From a virus (lineage: Duplodnaviria; Heunggongvirae; Uroviricota; Caudoviricetes), in the IMG/VR virus record IMGVR_UViG_645951847_000024: DNA of 41,294 nucleotides; one strand, written 5' to 3'. The translations under genes and the position numbers were made by a program. This document shows, one piece after another, positions 1 through 8,708 of this stretch (positions within the stretch are counted from its first letter, which is position 1; the number at the start of each line of letters is the position of its first letter). The notes under the pieces were generated by a model that worked only from the letters and a program-made list of their open reading frames with translations, did no database searches and had not been told where the DNA came from.

Positions 1-3000
1 TTGCTCACCTTTACGGATTCGCGTCAGGGTACCGCTCGCATTTCAGCCCGCTTACAGCAGGATGCCGATAAAGCGACGTTGCGAGCTCTTTGTTACCAGG
101 AGCTGGCAAATATTACAGAGCCTTCAGCAAAACTCAGCCCGGCACACTGTGCACTGTTAGAGAAAGTTATTAGCCAGTTTTCTGTCCTCCCTTTAAAAAA
201 TTCCATCGACGCGCTGAAAAAAGCGATGGCTGCGAATGAGGAGCTTAGCCCGACGGACATTCAGGCACTTAAAATTATTGAGCCGATGGTGAGTTCCTTA
301 AGCACGGAGCATGCTGAAGCGATGCAAATACTTCAGGCTAACTCTGGCAATCAGCAGAAGAAAACCATGTCATGGCAAACGCTGTCTGAACAGCTGGTTG
401 GCAGTGTGGACCTTGCCGATAGAATGAGAGGCAGTTTTAAAGAATTGTCTGGGCTTGATCTTACTAAACAACAGTTTGCAGATTTTTGTTTATACAGCGA
501 GTTTGGTCGCCGCCCTAAAAATGCCTGGACCCTCGAAAGTCTGGGTCTGGTAGCCATTCACTATCCATTCATTGATAAAGTTACAACCTGCCCGCAGGAC
601 TGGAAGACATTATTACCCGATCCCGATAAGCAATTAGCGGAATGGCGTAATTTATTGAAGATTACTCTTGATTTCTTTATCCGTGAAAACAGTGCCGTTT
701 TTTACGAAAACGAGCAATACCCTCGCTGGATGGGGGCACGTTTCCCGGTAAAAATGCTCCAGGGGCCAGATAAAAAAAACAAAGGGCAGAAACGTGATCA
801 ACTTTGGCCACAAATACGCGATCGCCATTATAACCGGGTCATTAAGCTATTAATCGCAGTCTTTCCGGCAATACAACCTGAGCAGGCTCACTGGAAATCG
901 TTAGTTAACCACTTAATGATTGAGGTCTGGGATGCAATTCGACCCTGCTTACGTCAGTTTGAGTCGGGTTATCAGCTGGATATTAAACAACAAGCTGAAT
1001 TTTACAGTCCAAAGCAAGTGTGGCGTTGCCCCTATACTCGACGTGCGTTAGACGTCACGTTGCTGGGATACTCTCCGTATTTGCCGGGTAGCAAAGAAAT
1101 TGCACCTGAAAAAGCAGTGTTGATTGAAATGCCTGAGCTTCCTGTACGTCACTGGCGTTTGTCTGGTGGTGGAGAAATCGCCCGAGAAGAACGTCTGGAG
1201 TGGCTGGAAAGTAATGCGCTGATTCAACATGCCCGCGAGGAAGGATTATGGTCTACTCGCAGCGACCGACTGGCCCTGAAAGATAGCTGGTATCGTCTGG
1301 AGGAACACTCTGCGCAGAGAACGCCTGAGCAGAACCAGTTTAATGAAAAACAATTTAAGTCAGGCAAAGTTAATGTGCTGAACTGTTCCACGACCATGGA
1401 GATGGGGGTGGATATTGGTGGTATGAGTTTGGTGGCAATGAACAACGTTCCTCCAGCGCCGGCAAATTATTTGCAACGTGCAGGTCGCGCGGGGCGTCGT
1501 GGAGAGAGTGCATCTGCTGCCATTACGTTATGTAAAAACACGGCGCATGGAATGGAGGTATTCAAAGACCCCCTCTGGGCGTTCAACACTACTGCCAGTG
1601 CGCCACGGGTTCGTTTTGGGAGCAGTAGTATTGTTCAACGACATGTTAATGCCCTGGTTTTAGGTCTGTTTTTACGAGCTGAAGTTCCTGATGCGACAAA
1701 ACTGAGTTGCAAATGGTTCTTTGAAGGTGATGAGAGCCAGTGTCTTCGTTTTCTCCATTGGTTAAATCACCAGGCCGATCAGCTGGCGGATAAACTTAAA
1801 CGCCTTACTCAGGGAACCGTACTGATGTCATTGACGGCAACCCAGCTCTTGACCCGCACACAAGCAATGATGCAGCAGGTTGATATCCGCTGGAGAAGCC
1901 AACTTGCGATACTGTTGGAAAATATCGAAGCGTTGAAGGCGGATAACAGCGCGTGGGAAGAAACACCAGCAGGTAAAGCCATCGCTTATCAGCTTCGTGA
2001 TTATCGCGGTGCATATCTGTTTTCTAAACTCATTAGTGAAGCGTTCCTGCCGGGGCATGGTTTCCCGGTTGGCGTAGTCAATTTCAATTATCTGACGGCA
2101 GATGAGCTGGAAAAACGTCGCGCAATAAAAGCCACTCAGGCTGACCCTAATGAAGGGGGAGAAAGCTTTTCTCGTCGTATTGAAAAATTGCCCAGCCGTG
2201 ATTTGCCTACAGCATTACGCGAGTATGCGCCTGGTGCAGATGTGGTATTGGGCGGAAAAGTATATCGTTCCTCGGGCATTATGCTTGGCAAGGTGCTTGC
2301 CAGCGGGCAGGAGCTGTCAGGCGATCATCATATTCCGTGGTTCTGGCATTGCCGTAAATGTGGTGCGGGGGCAACCAGTACTACCCATCCTGTCGAATGT
2401 AGTCACTGCAAAGCGGATATACAGCAACTTGATGTGAAGCGTTATTTACAGCCTGTTGGTTTTGCGACAGATATTCGTTATCAGGCACATAATGATGTAT
2501 CCATGCCTGCACAACTTCCCTGGAAAGATCCACGTGTTCTTGTACCGTCTTCGGTGTGGGTTTCTTTACCCGATGCTGGGCTAGGACGTTACCGTTTTAG
2601 CCATAGTGGGGAATTGTTCCACTTCAGTGAAGGGGAATTTGGGCACGGCTACGCAATTTGCCTCTCATGTGGTCGGGCAGAATCTCAAACTCAACCCCAG
2701 CGTACCCCTGAAAATCTAAAGAACCCAGAGAGGGAAAATACGCATTACCTGTTGCGAGGGGGCAGTAACGATCGTCAGGGGAGCAATAAATTGTGCCACG
2801 GTCATGTGCATAAAGATCTGTGGTTGGGATATAGCAGTCGTACAGATATGGTTGAGCTGCAACTCAATGATGATAATGGCCTGTTGATCCGTGATGAGGT
2901 TGCCGCGCGTTCCCTTGCGGTCGCTTTGCGTGAAGGGTTAGCGCATAAATTGGGTATCGAAAATACTGAGCTGGGCGTGACGACGCAGCAAGCGCGCGAT

Positions 3001-3279
3001 ATCAATGGCTATACCGGATATTCCATCTTCATTTACGACAATAATGCGGGTGGTGCAGGTTATGCAGTGCAATTGATCGACCATTGGGCTGATGTCTTTA
3101 ATTACGCCAGAAAATTGCTCGATTGCAGTTGCGATAAATTCTGTCACCACTGCTTGCTCAGCTACGACAGTCAGCATTATGTCAACAGATTAGATCGTCA
3201 CCATGCATTAACCCTGCTTACCAATGTACGGTTGCAGCGACTTAACCTCGCGCCAGATATAGCGCGGCGATTTTTTTGA
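1..3279 (+). CDS. C-terminal part (5' end cut by window) of a large SF2 helicase with a Cys-rich DUF1998-like zinc-ribbon C-terminal domain; probably host-encoded
   Basis: Helicase C-domain motifs TMEMGVDIGG and QRAGRAGRRG in the translation; C-terminal Cys clusters (CRKCGAG...CSHC, CLSCG, CSCDKFCHHC). ORF starts at window position 1, so truncated. Family assignment from memory only. Confidence 0.6.
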   Translation: MLTFTDSRQGTARISARLQQDADKATLRALCYQELANITEPSAKLSPAHCALLEKVISQFSVLPLKNSIDALKKAMAANEELSPTDIQALKIIEPMVSSLSTEHAEAMQILQANSGNQQKKTMSWQTLSEQLVGSVDLADRMRGSFKELSGLDLTKQQFADFCLYSEFGRRPKNAWTLESLGLVAIHYPFIDKVTTCPQDWKTLLPDPDKQLAEWRNLLKITLDFFIRENSAVFYENEQYPRWMGARFPVKMLQGPDKKNKGQKRDQLWPQIRDRHYNRVIKLLIAVFPAIQPEQAHWKSLVNHLMIEVWDAIRPCLRQFESGYQLDIKQQAEFYSPKQVWRCPYTRRALDVTLLGYSPYLPGSKEIAPEKAVLIEMPELPVRHWRLSGGGEIAREERLEWLESNALIQHAREEGLWSTRSDRLALKDSWYRLEEHSAQRTPEQNQFNEKQFKSGKVNVLNCSTTMEMGVDIGGMSLVAMNNVPPAPANYLQRAGRAGRRGESASAAITLCKNTAHGMEVFKDPLWAFNTTASAPRVRFGSSSIVQRHVNALVLGLFLRAEVPDATKLSCKWFFEGDESQCLRFLHWLNHQADQLADKLKRLTQGTVLMSLTATQLLTRTQAMMQQVDIRWRSQLAILLENIEALKADNSAWEETPAGKAIAYQLRDYRGAYLFSKLISEAFLPGHGFPVGVVNFNYLTADELEKRRAIKATQADPNEGGESFSRRIEKLPSRDLPTALREYAPGADVVLGGKVYRSSGIMLGKVLASGQELSGDHHIPWFWHCRKCGAGATSTTHPVECSHCKADIQQLDVKRYLQPVGFATDIRYQAHNDVSMPAQLPWKDPRVLVPSSVWVSLPDAGLGRYRFSHSGELFHFSEGEFGHGYAICLSCGRAESQTQPQRTPENLKNPERENTHYLLRGGSNDRQGSNKLCHGHVHKDLWLGYSSRTDMVELQLNDDNGLLIRDEVAARSLAVALREGLAHKLGIENTELGVTTQQARDINGYTGYSIFIYDNNAGGAGYAVQLIDHWADVFNYARKLLDCSCDKFCHHCLLSYDSQHYVNRLDRHHALTLLTNVRLQRLNLAPDIARRFF

Positions 3280-3390
3280 TACCGATTTGCATTTCATTTG
3301 ATACCGCTGAAAAACGCCGATACGCAACTTATTTGATACTAAATCGGCGCTTTTCTTTTGAGTTTTAGAATGAGTTTTTAAGCGCTCATT
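3280..3390. mobile_element. Candidate prophage right-end region (transposase-binding repeats?); exact terminus not resolved
   Basis: Three TTTGATAC(C/T) motifs at about 3273, 3298 and 3343, and a 13-bp inverted repeat (GAAAAACGCCGAT / ATCGGCGCTTTTC, about 3309-3357) between the host stop codon and the mom stop. No match to the canonical Mu terminal sequence. Confidence 0.3.
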
Positions 3391-4123
3391 CACTCTCTTT
3401 CAAACCAGTTTTAACTGTTTGTGGTTTTGGGTAAGGCTGGACTTTGAATAGCTTTGTGTTGAGGCGTTTTCTGGCCCTCTTGTTCAGAAACCGGATGTAA
3501 CGAAACTGTCGGAACTTATGAACACTGGCTCTGTCAATATTAGCCCTCAGATGTTCACCTCGTTGTCCGCCTCGTTTAATGGCATTCCTGCAAATCTCGT
3601 GATACCACTCGCCATCAAGTTCATAGAATATTGATTCATGGCTGCCTACATAATCAAAATTGCTTGCCTGATACACGACACCAAGACAGCCACAACGCTC
3701 ATCTGCAAACGACTGAACCCACTGTACCTGCGGATAAAGCTGCCTGATTAGCTTGAGCGCGTAACTGATTGCCCTTGATTCGGAGTTTCTCGGCATACAG
3801 TCATGCAGCCATAGCCGGTTAAGCTCCATATATTCTCGGTTCTGCGTACCCGTTACGACGCGTGCACCACTGTTTGGGTTAAGGGCGTAACCCCATTGCA
3901 TTACGCCAACAAGTTCCCGTTCTGAAAATATGCCCAGATGAAGGTAGGAGTTATTTACGAAACGGTGGCTGTAATGTTTATTGACGATGACCAGTCTGGC
4001 CAGCCAGCAACTTATTGTCTCAACCCGCAACTCACGGGAGCCATAACCAACGATATTGTCGTTATAGCGAATAAGTTCAGGCGTGCTGATGATTCGGGAT
4101 GTGACTTGCTTTCTGTTCCCCAC
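3386..4123 (-). CDS. mom: Mom-like DNA modification protein (anti-restriction)
   Basis: Last gene before the prophage right end, directly downstream of and overlapping a clear Com homologue, as in Mu com-mom. Identity by synteny only; Mom sequence not recalled. Confidence 0.55.
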   Translation of the reverse strand: MGNRKQVTSRIISTPELIRYNDNIVGYGSRELRVETISCWLARLVIVNKHYSHRFVNNSYLHLGIFSERELVGVMQWGYALNPNSGARVVTGTQNREYMELNRLWLHDCMPRNSESRAISYALKLIRQLYPQVQWVQSFADERCGCLGVVYQASNFDYVGSHESIFYELDGEWYHEICRNAIKRGGQRGEHLRANIDRASVHKFRQFRYIRFLNKRARKRLNTKLFKVQPYPKPQTVKTGLKESE

Positions 4124-4277
4124 GACAGGATTTCCTTGTGTATGTGGGGTGCTCTGTGGCGCTCGGAGATGTGATTTGATTGAGGGTTTTACAGCGCGGA
4201 CATTTTACTTCCAGATAACTGAAACTGGCCCGTGCCAGTAGCTTATTGCAGTGTCGGCACCGTATGTTTCGATACAT
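4077..4277 (-). CDS. com: Com zinc-finger translational activator of mom
   Basis: [14 protein letters not shown]...EVKCPRCK...EHPT closely parallels Mu Com (IRCKNCNKLL...IRCPRCK...EHPT); overlaps mom start. Start taken at internal ATG (residue 16 of the 4077-4322 ORF). Confidence 0.7.
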   Translation of the reverse strand: MYRNIRCRHCNKLLARASFSYLEVKCPRCKTLNQITSPSATEHPTYTRKSCRGEQKASHIPNHQHA

Positions 4278-4324
4278 GACCGCATAACCTCCTGCTTTGT
4301 TGTTGATGCCTTTCTCATGCAATC

Positions 4325-4341
4325 GATCGACAAAAACGATC
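4325..4341 (-). promoter_or_regulatory. Paired GATC (Dam) sites upstream of com-mom, candidate methylation-sensitive control region
   Basis: GATC at 4325-4328 and 4338-4341 within palindromic TCGATCGA / CGATCG, about 50-65 bp upstream of the proposed com start; Mu Pmom is controlled through clustered upstream GATC sites. Confidence 0.3.
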
Positions 4342-4688
4342 GATTCGATTTGTTTAATTGATACAACAAATAGATTGAAAAGTCATCAACAATGATTCAG
4401 GGAGGTGATTATTTACTTAAAGAAAACGAAGAGTTAGGTGGTGAAAACGATCATAAAATGATCATTTTATTGACTTTTTATACAGTGAAGGTAGGATCAC
4501 GCGTATATGTAGTATGTTTCAAATCAACAGGATACTACATAAAAGTGAAACCCAGCATAGCTGGAACTATGCTGGGTCAATCTGTAAAAACTTGCATCAA
4601 TGCTTTACTTCGAGCTCGTGGCGTATCCTATGATATTCCCCGGTCTCCTGTAAAGCAGAGATGCATAAAAAGGAGATCTTTATCATGG

Positions 4689-4856
4689 ATGAAAGAGCCT
4701 GTTTGCCCTGCCTGTAAGACTCCCTTACAGCTCATCTATCGCCGTTCTCGATCTCAAAATGGCAAGACATACAAACCCAAAAATGCTTCCTGTTTCAGGA
4801 TGCTGATATGTCCTGCCTGTTCTCCCAGGAGGGAAAATACACAAAACGTGCATTAA
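4689..4856 (+). CDS. Small 4-Cys zinc-ribbon protein (55 aa), function unknown
   Basis: MKEPVCPACKTPL...CFRMLICPACSP with CPxC...CPxC spacing; AAAAGGAG Shine-Dalgarno at 4669-4676 upstream of ATG 4689. The longer 4392-4856 ORF upstream looks non-coding. Confidence 0.3.
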   Translation: MKEPVCPACKTPLQLIYRRSRSQNGKTYKPKNASCFRMLICPACSPRRENTQNVH

Positions 4857-4894
4857 CAAACTCACCCGGCAGGGAAACCTGCCGGTCGGTATTG

Positions 4895-5140
4895 TTACAT
4901 CATAGTACCGTCAGTTCCGGGCTGAACCGGCTCTGGTTGCTCTACGGGTTGAGGATCATTTTCCGTGCTGTTTTCAGCCGGAGAACGGCCAACCATTCGG
5001 GCCAGCACTTCATCAACATATGCGTCGATTTGTGCCTCAAAATCCTTGCGAACCTGCGCCTTCAGCACGCGGTTCACTTCTTCAGAATAAAGTGCCTGTT
5101 TGACAAGCTCTTCAGTAACCGTGCCTTTAATCTCTGGCAT
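4895..5140 (-). CDS. Hypothetical acidic 81-aa protein with Pro/Glu-rich C-terminal tail
   Basis: Protein-like amphipathic N-terminal half; strong SD (AAAAGGAG) 8 nt upstream of the ATG on the minus strand. Confidence 0.5.
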   Translation of the reverse strand: MPEIKGTVTEELVKQALYSEEVNRVLKAQVRKDFEAQIDAYVDEVLARMVGRSPAENSTENDPQPVEQPEPVQPGTDGTMM

Positions 5141-5175
5141 GAATATTCTCCTTTTGCAGGTATATTGCCCCGTTA

Positions 5176-5358
5176 TCAGAGCGGGGTCGGGTCGTTTGGG
5201 GATGACGGTGCCTGTGCTGTTTTACTGAGTTTTTCAGCTGCCGCATCATCAATTTTACGGCGAATATAATTTCTGATGACCTTATAACCACCGCTCACCA
5301 GATATAACGCACTGACCACAGCGCAGAAATAAAGCAGCATTGTATGAACGAATGTCAT
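5176..5358 (-). CDS. Hypothetical small membrane protein (60 aa, single N-terminal TM helix)
   Basis: Hydrophobic stretch LLYFCAVVSALYLVSGG followed by a basic region; weak SD (AAGG) upstream. Confidence 0.45.
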   Translation of the reverse strand: MTFVHTMLLYFCAVVSALYLVSGGYKVIRNYIRRKIDDAAAEKLSKTAQAPSSPNDPTPL

Positions 5359-5426
5359 ATAAGCTTACCTTTGATATTGACTACATAATTCGTTATCGGG
5401 TAAAAACATCGAAGCGACTGATAACC

Positions 5427-5451
5427 ACTCCTTCGGGAGTATTTTTATTTT
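5427..5451 (+). terminator. Hairpin with UUCG loop followed by T-run (plus-strand terminator-like)
   Basis: ACTCC-TTCG-GGAGT at 5427-5440 followed by ATTTTTATTTT. Confidence 0.3.
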
Positions 5452-5469
5452 CCTTTATGGGTTAGGTAG

Positions 5470-5514
5470 CTCCCGCCAGCCATATCATGACCGGCGGGAT
5501 TTTTTTATTCTGTT
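5470..5514 (+). terminator. GC-rich hairpin followed by T7 run (plus-strand terminator-like), overlapping the esterase stop codon
   Basis: TCCCGCC (5471-5477) pairs with GGCGGGA (5493-5499), then TTTTTTTATT. On the minus strand the same hairpin is not followed by a T-run. Confidence 0.4.
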
Positions 5515-7544
5515 ACCGCTTTTTTCACTTCCACCACAATGCTGTCAATCAGCACCGGGTAAGTTGCATTTTTTGTGATATCCGTTACGCGGAGTTTGTC
5601 CACCGGGAAAGTTCCTACTGGTGACTGCGTCAGGGTAAACGCGGCACCATCCTGACCATCAATAACCGGAATAACCTGAAGGCTGTTATTTCCTGCAAAA
5701 CGGAAGGCCAGCGTATGCCATTCATTATCAAATGCACCAAAGGTTCCCAGTTTCTGGTTATTTGTTGCCACTTTTGCATTGTGGTACATCACATTCAGGT
5801 CTTTTGCGTCTGTCTGGATGTAGAACGATGCCAGCAGATTATTCCCTGCATCCCCTGTCAGGGTGACACCCTGCGGCAGAGAGGAAACCGGCCAGTAAAG
5901 CCCCATGACATACTGGTTTGCCACCAGGTCGCCAGGTACTTTAAAACGACAACTGATTAAACCACCATTTTTCAGCAGTTCAGCACCAGTACCGGCATCA
6001 TGATCCAGATACCAAGATGATTTACCTGTTTCCTTGGTCAGTTTCATTGCCTTACCACCTGTGCCTCCTGCATCACTGATAATTTCAGCTTTACCGCCAG
6101 CCGGCTCCCAGCCCTGGGCTTTCAGATTTCCTTCTGACTCACTGACACGATAAGACAGCAGTGTTGTGGTTACTGCTTCAGTTTCTGAAGGTGACGGCAC
6201 TGGTGCTTCAGTTTCAGAAGATGGAACATCGGCTTTTACTGTGGTTCGCCCCGCATGAGTCAGAACTGCCGTGGCCAGACGGTCGGAAATAATCCCACGA
6301 CGTGCCCATGAACTGAAATGGCTGGCCCGGTCCGCAGATGTCCAGGTGGCGGCACTGTTACGCCACGTTGAGCCGTAATAACCAATGGATTCAATATCCG
6401 GGTCTTCTGCCGGATTGTTGGTGGGTACATTCGCGTCATTTTCATCTGTCATTAATGGAACGAAATGAATGTTTTTATCTGTTTTGTTTTTGTAGCCGCC
6501 ATAGATTGCCTGGTATGCCGGTTCATTTTTCTGTTTCCAGAAATACGTGGTATCGCCACAAATCCACGGAACGCCAGCAGCACTGCCACCGGTACACTGT
6601 TCCGCCTGTTCAGCCAGGTCTGCGCGGAATTTTTCCACCATCGCCAGAAACAGCGCGGAATGCTCCGTCGGCTTCGCATCAATATCAAACTCGCCCTGCA
6701 TCCACACCACAGCAAGCAGGCGGTTTTTCGGGTTCTTCGCCAGTGCCGCTTTTGTCCGGCTGATTAAGTCCTTATACAGCGGCTTATCCACACCCCAGCG
6801 GGCTGAGTCCTCTGAAGCACCCGTGCTGTCACTGTACGTGCCGTCAGCACCCGCCGTGAATGCAGAACCACCACGGCAGCAGGGAACCAGCAGAATCCCC
6901 GCATCTGCCGGAATAAACGGCAGCAGTTTTTTGGCAATGTGAAGCCCCTGACCCACGGTGCCATATTGCCCTTTAGCCACATCCGCTTTCGGGTGATTTT
7001 TTCCACTCATATCCTGCACATCATGCAGACAGTGGTCGGCCAGAATGATGTCGTTATACTGACAGGCTTTACCTCCCGGCGTGACTGTACTGCGACGGGC
7101 TAACTGCATAATACGCGGTTCGGGGCGGTCATATGTCTCCGGCAGTGGCAGACCTTCACCGTAAGCCATACCGTTTGACTGACCAGCAAGAACCACCACG
7201 TAATACCAGGAAGGGGAGCTGGAAGCAGTTTCATTTCCTGACGGACGGGTATGTGTTTCAGCATTATCCCAGTCTGACGGTTCAGCAGTACCGGCAACAT
7301 CAGCACTTAACGGAATGACCGCACCAATACCCGCTCCGGTAATTTCCACACTCGGATCACCGGATACTGGCCTTACCCACAGGCAATCCCGTGTATTAAA
7401 ACTGATGAGACAGTCAGCAAATGTCATTCCTCCTTTTGTTTCGGCCGGAGGAAAGGGAGCCTCAAGAAATGCCGCTGTACCACCGGAAACTTTAACAGTA
7501 AAGTTTCCGGGCATTGATGATAGTTGAACCCATTTGGACGTCAT
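5505..7544 (-). CDS. Predicted sialate O-acetylesterase-like cargo protein (SGNH/SASA-type esterase with extra N- and C-terminal domains), NanS-p-like
   Basis: 679 aa; VVLAGQSNGMAYGEG resembles the GQSN catalytic-Ser block of sialic-acid-specific acetylesterases; sits between gin and com-mom, where Mu has no gene. Family from memory. Confidence 0.6.
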   Translation of the reverse strand: MTSKWVQLSSMPGNFTVKVSGGTAAFLEAPFPPAETKGGMTFADCLISFNTRDCLWVRPVSGDPSVEITGAGIGAVIPLSADVAGTAEPSDWDNAETHTRPSGNETASSSPSWYYVVVLAGQSNGMAYGEGLPLPETYDRPEPRIMQLARRSTVTPGGKACQYNDIILADHCLHDVQDMSGKNHPKADVAKGQYGTVGQGLHIAKKLLPFIPADAGILLVPCCRGGSAFTAGADGTYSDSTGASEDSARWGVDKPLYKDLISRTKAALAKNPKNRLLAVVWMQGEFDIDAKPTEHSALFLAMVEKFRADLAEQAEQCTGGSAAGVPWICGDTTYFWKQKNEPAYQAIYGGYKNKTDKNIHFVPLMTDENDANVPTNNPAEDPDIESIGYYGSTWRNSAATWTSADRASHFSSWARRGIISDRLATAVLTHAGRTTVKADVPSSETEAPVPSPSETEAVTTTLLSYRVSESEGNLKAQGWEPAGGKAEIISDAGGTGGKAMKLTKETGKSSWYLDHDAGTGAELLKNGGLISCRFKVPGDLVANQYVMGLYWPVSSLPQGVTLTGDAGNNLLASFYIQTDAKDLNVMYHNAKVATNNQKLGTFGAFDNEWHTLAFRFAGNNSLQVIPVIDGQDGAAFTLTQSPVGTFPVDKLRVTDITKNATYPVLIDSIVVEVKKAVTE

Positions 7545-7643
7545 AATAATCAGCCTGTTCCTGAATAAACTGAATTATCATATCCACAGACCGATAAACG
7601 CCATTTTGCGTTAATTCAGTAAAGGCCCAACAAAGGGAGCGTC

Positions 7644-8204
7644 TTATTTTTCCGAAACGCTCGCAGGATAATAACGATAAAGGGTTGAAAGGCCGATATC
7701 AAAAATAAGTGCCACCTGTCTTCGACTGACACCCCCGGCCAGTAAACGCCCGACCTGCTCGTATTGTTCCTGCGTGAGACGACGGGGTCTGCCGCCGGTT
7801 CGTCCCCTTTCACGGGCAGCTGCAAGACCAGCCCGTGTCCGTTCGACAATTAATTCACGCTCCATTTCTGCCAGCGCACCCATTATGTGAAAAAAGAAGC
7901 GCCCCATGGGGGTTGACGTATCAATGTTGTCAGTAAGACTACGAAAATTTATCCCCTGTTGCTGTAATTCATCTGTCAGCGCAACAAGGTGGCGCATACT
8001 GCGCCCCAGCCTGTCCAGTTTCCAGACCATCAGTGTGTCACCGGGTTTTAGTTTCTTCAGTGCCCGCTTCAGTCCCGGCCGCTGTGTCGTTTTACCACTC
8101 ATTTTATCTTCAAAAATCTGCTCACATCCTGCACATTCCAGCGCATTTCTTTGTAAACCTGTGTTCTGGTCATTTGTTGATACGCGTATATAGCCAATCA
8201 GCAT
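7644..8204 (-). CDS. gin: Serine DNA invertase (Gin/Hin/Pin/Cin family)
   Basis: MLIGYIRVSTNDQNTGLQRNALECAGCEQIFEDK...GRFFFHIMGALAEMERELI is near-identical in pattern to Mu Gin; catalytic Ser in RVSTNDQ; adjacent to an inverted tail-fibre segment. Confidence 0.93.
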   Translation of the reverse strand: MLIGYIRVSTNDQNTGLQRNALECAGCEQIFEDKMSGKTTQRPGLKRALKKLKPGDTLMVWKLDRLGRSMRHLVALTDELQQQGINFRSLTDNIDTSTPMGRFFFHIMGALAEMERELIVERTRAGLAAARERGRTGGRPRRLTQEQYEQVGRLLAGGVSRRQVALIFDIGLSTLYRYYPASVSEK

Positions 8205-8259
8205 GTATTTACCTTCCTTAAAAAGAGGTGGAAAGGCCTTTTAAAGCAGATATACGGCA

Positions 8260-8283
8260 TCCCTGAAACCTCGGTTTACGGGA
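8260..8283. other. gix/hix-like crossover site A (gin-proximal)
   Basis: TCCCTGAAACC-TC-GGTTTACGGGA: imperfect 11-2-11 palindrome of the AAACC-NN-GGTTT type used by Gin/Hin invertases. Confidence 0.5.
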
Positions 8284-8629
8284 TACTGTAAACAGGGCCG
8301 CGAATGCCCTGCCATCGAACGGAGCGGCTGTTGCAGCGAATAAACTCGCCACTCCAAGAAATATTAATGGTGTCCCATTTGACGGAACGCAGGATATAAA
8401 TATTACATCGGGGATGACGCAGTCTGTGGCTGACTCACGTTATGTTCAAAGCATTCGAAGAGGTTCAAGGTCAACGATTGGAATGCAATATAATATTTTT
8501 GAGGTTCCTGACGGATGCGTACTTACAGGGCTTGATGTCGCTGGTGATGGTAATGCAACGGTAACCGCATATTATCGACCTGTTCAGTTTCTGATAGATG
8601 GTTCGTGGAAAACAGCTTCCAGCGCATAA
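8273..8629 (+). CDS. Alternative tail-fibre C-terminal cassette (S'v), silent in this orientation
   Basis: Frame open from 8267; encodes GLRDTVNRAANALPSNGAAVAANKLATPRNINGVPFDGTQDINITSGMTQSVADSRYVQ, homologous to residues about 196-255 of the minus-strand tail fibre (GLRETVNKAADALPSGGTAVAANRLATPRNINGVPFDGTLDINITSGMTQSTADGRYVQ); both tips end YYRPVQ...W.T.SS. Confidence 0.6.
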   Translation, partial: GLRDTVNRAANALPSNGAAVAANKLATPRNINGVPFDGTQDINITSGMTQSVADSRYVQSIRRGSRSTIGMQYNIFEVPDGCVLTGLDVAGDGNATVTAYYRPVQFLIDGSWKTASSA

Positions 8630-8708
8630 AAGTGCAGTAGTTCAAAAAACAGATTATCTGAATAAATATATGATGATTTTGTCTTTTCAACAAAAACAAG
8701 GTGAAATA

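Noticed and set aside
3280-3390. Canonical Mu terminal sequence (TGAAGCGGCGCACGAAAAACGCGAAAG-like)
   Set aside because: Looked for it by eye at the right end; not present, so the end is assigned only by gene content.
4392-4688. N-terminal 99 codons of the 4392-4856 plus ORF
   Set aside because: AT-rich, no RBS, overlaps the com-mom control region; only the 3' zinc-ribbon portion with its own SD looks plausible.
4808-5269. 153-aa plus-strand ORF
   Set aside because: Antisense to two well-formed minus-strand small genes with good RBSs; translation is not protein-like.
7616-7849. 77-aa minus-strand ORF
   Set aside because: Lies within the gin gene in a different frame; gin is strongly supported.
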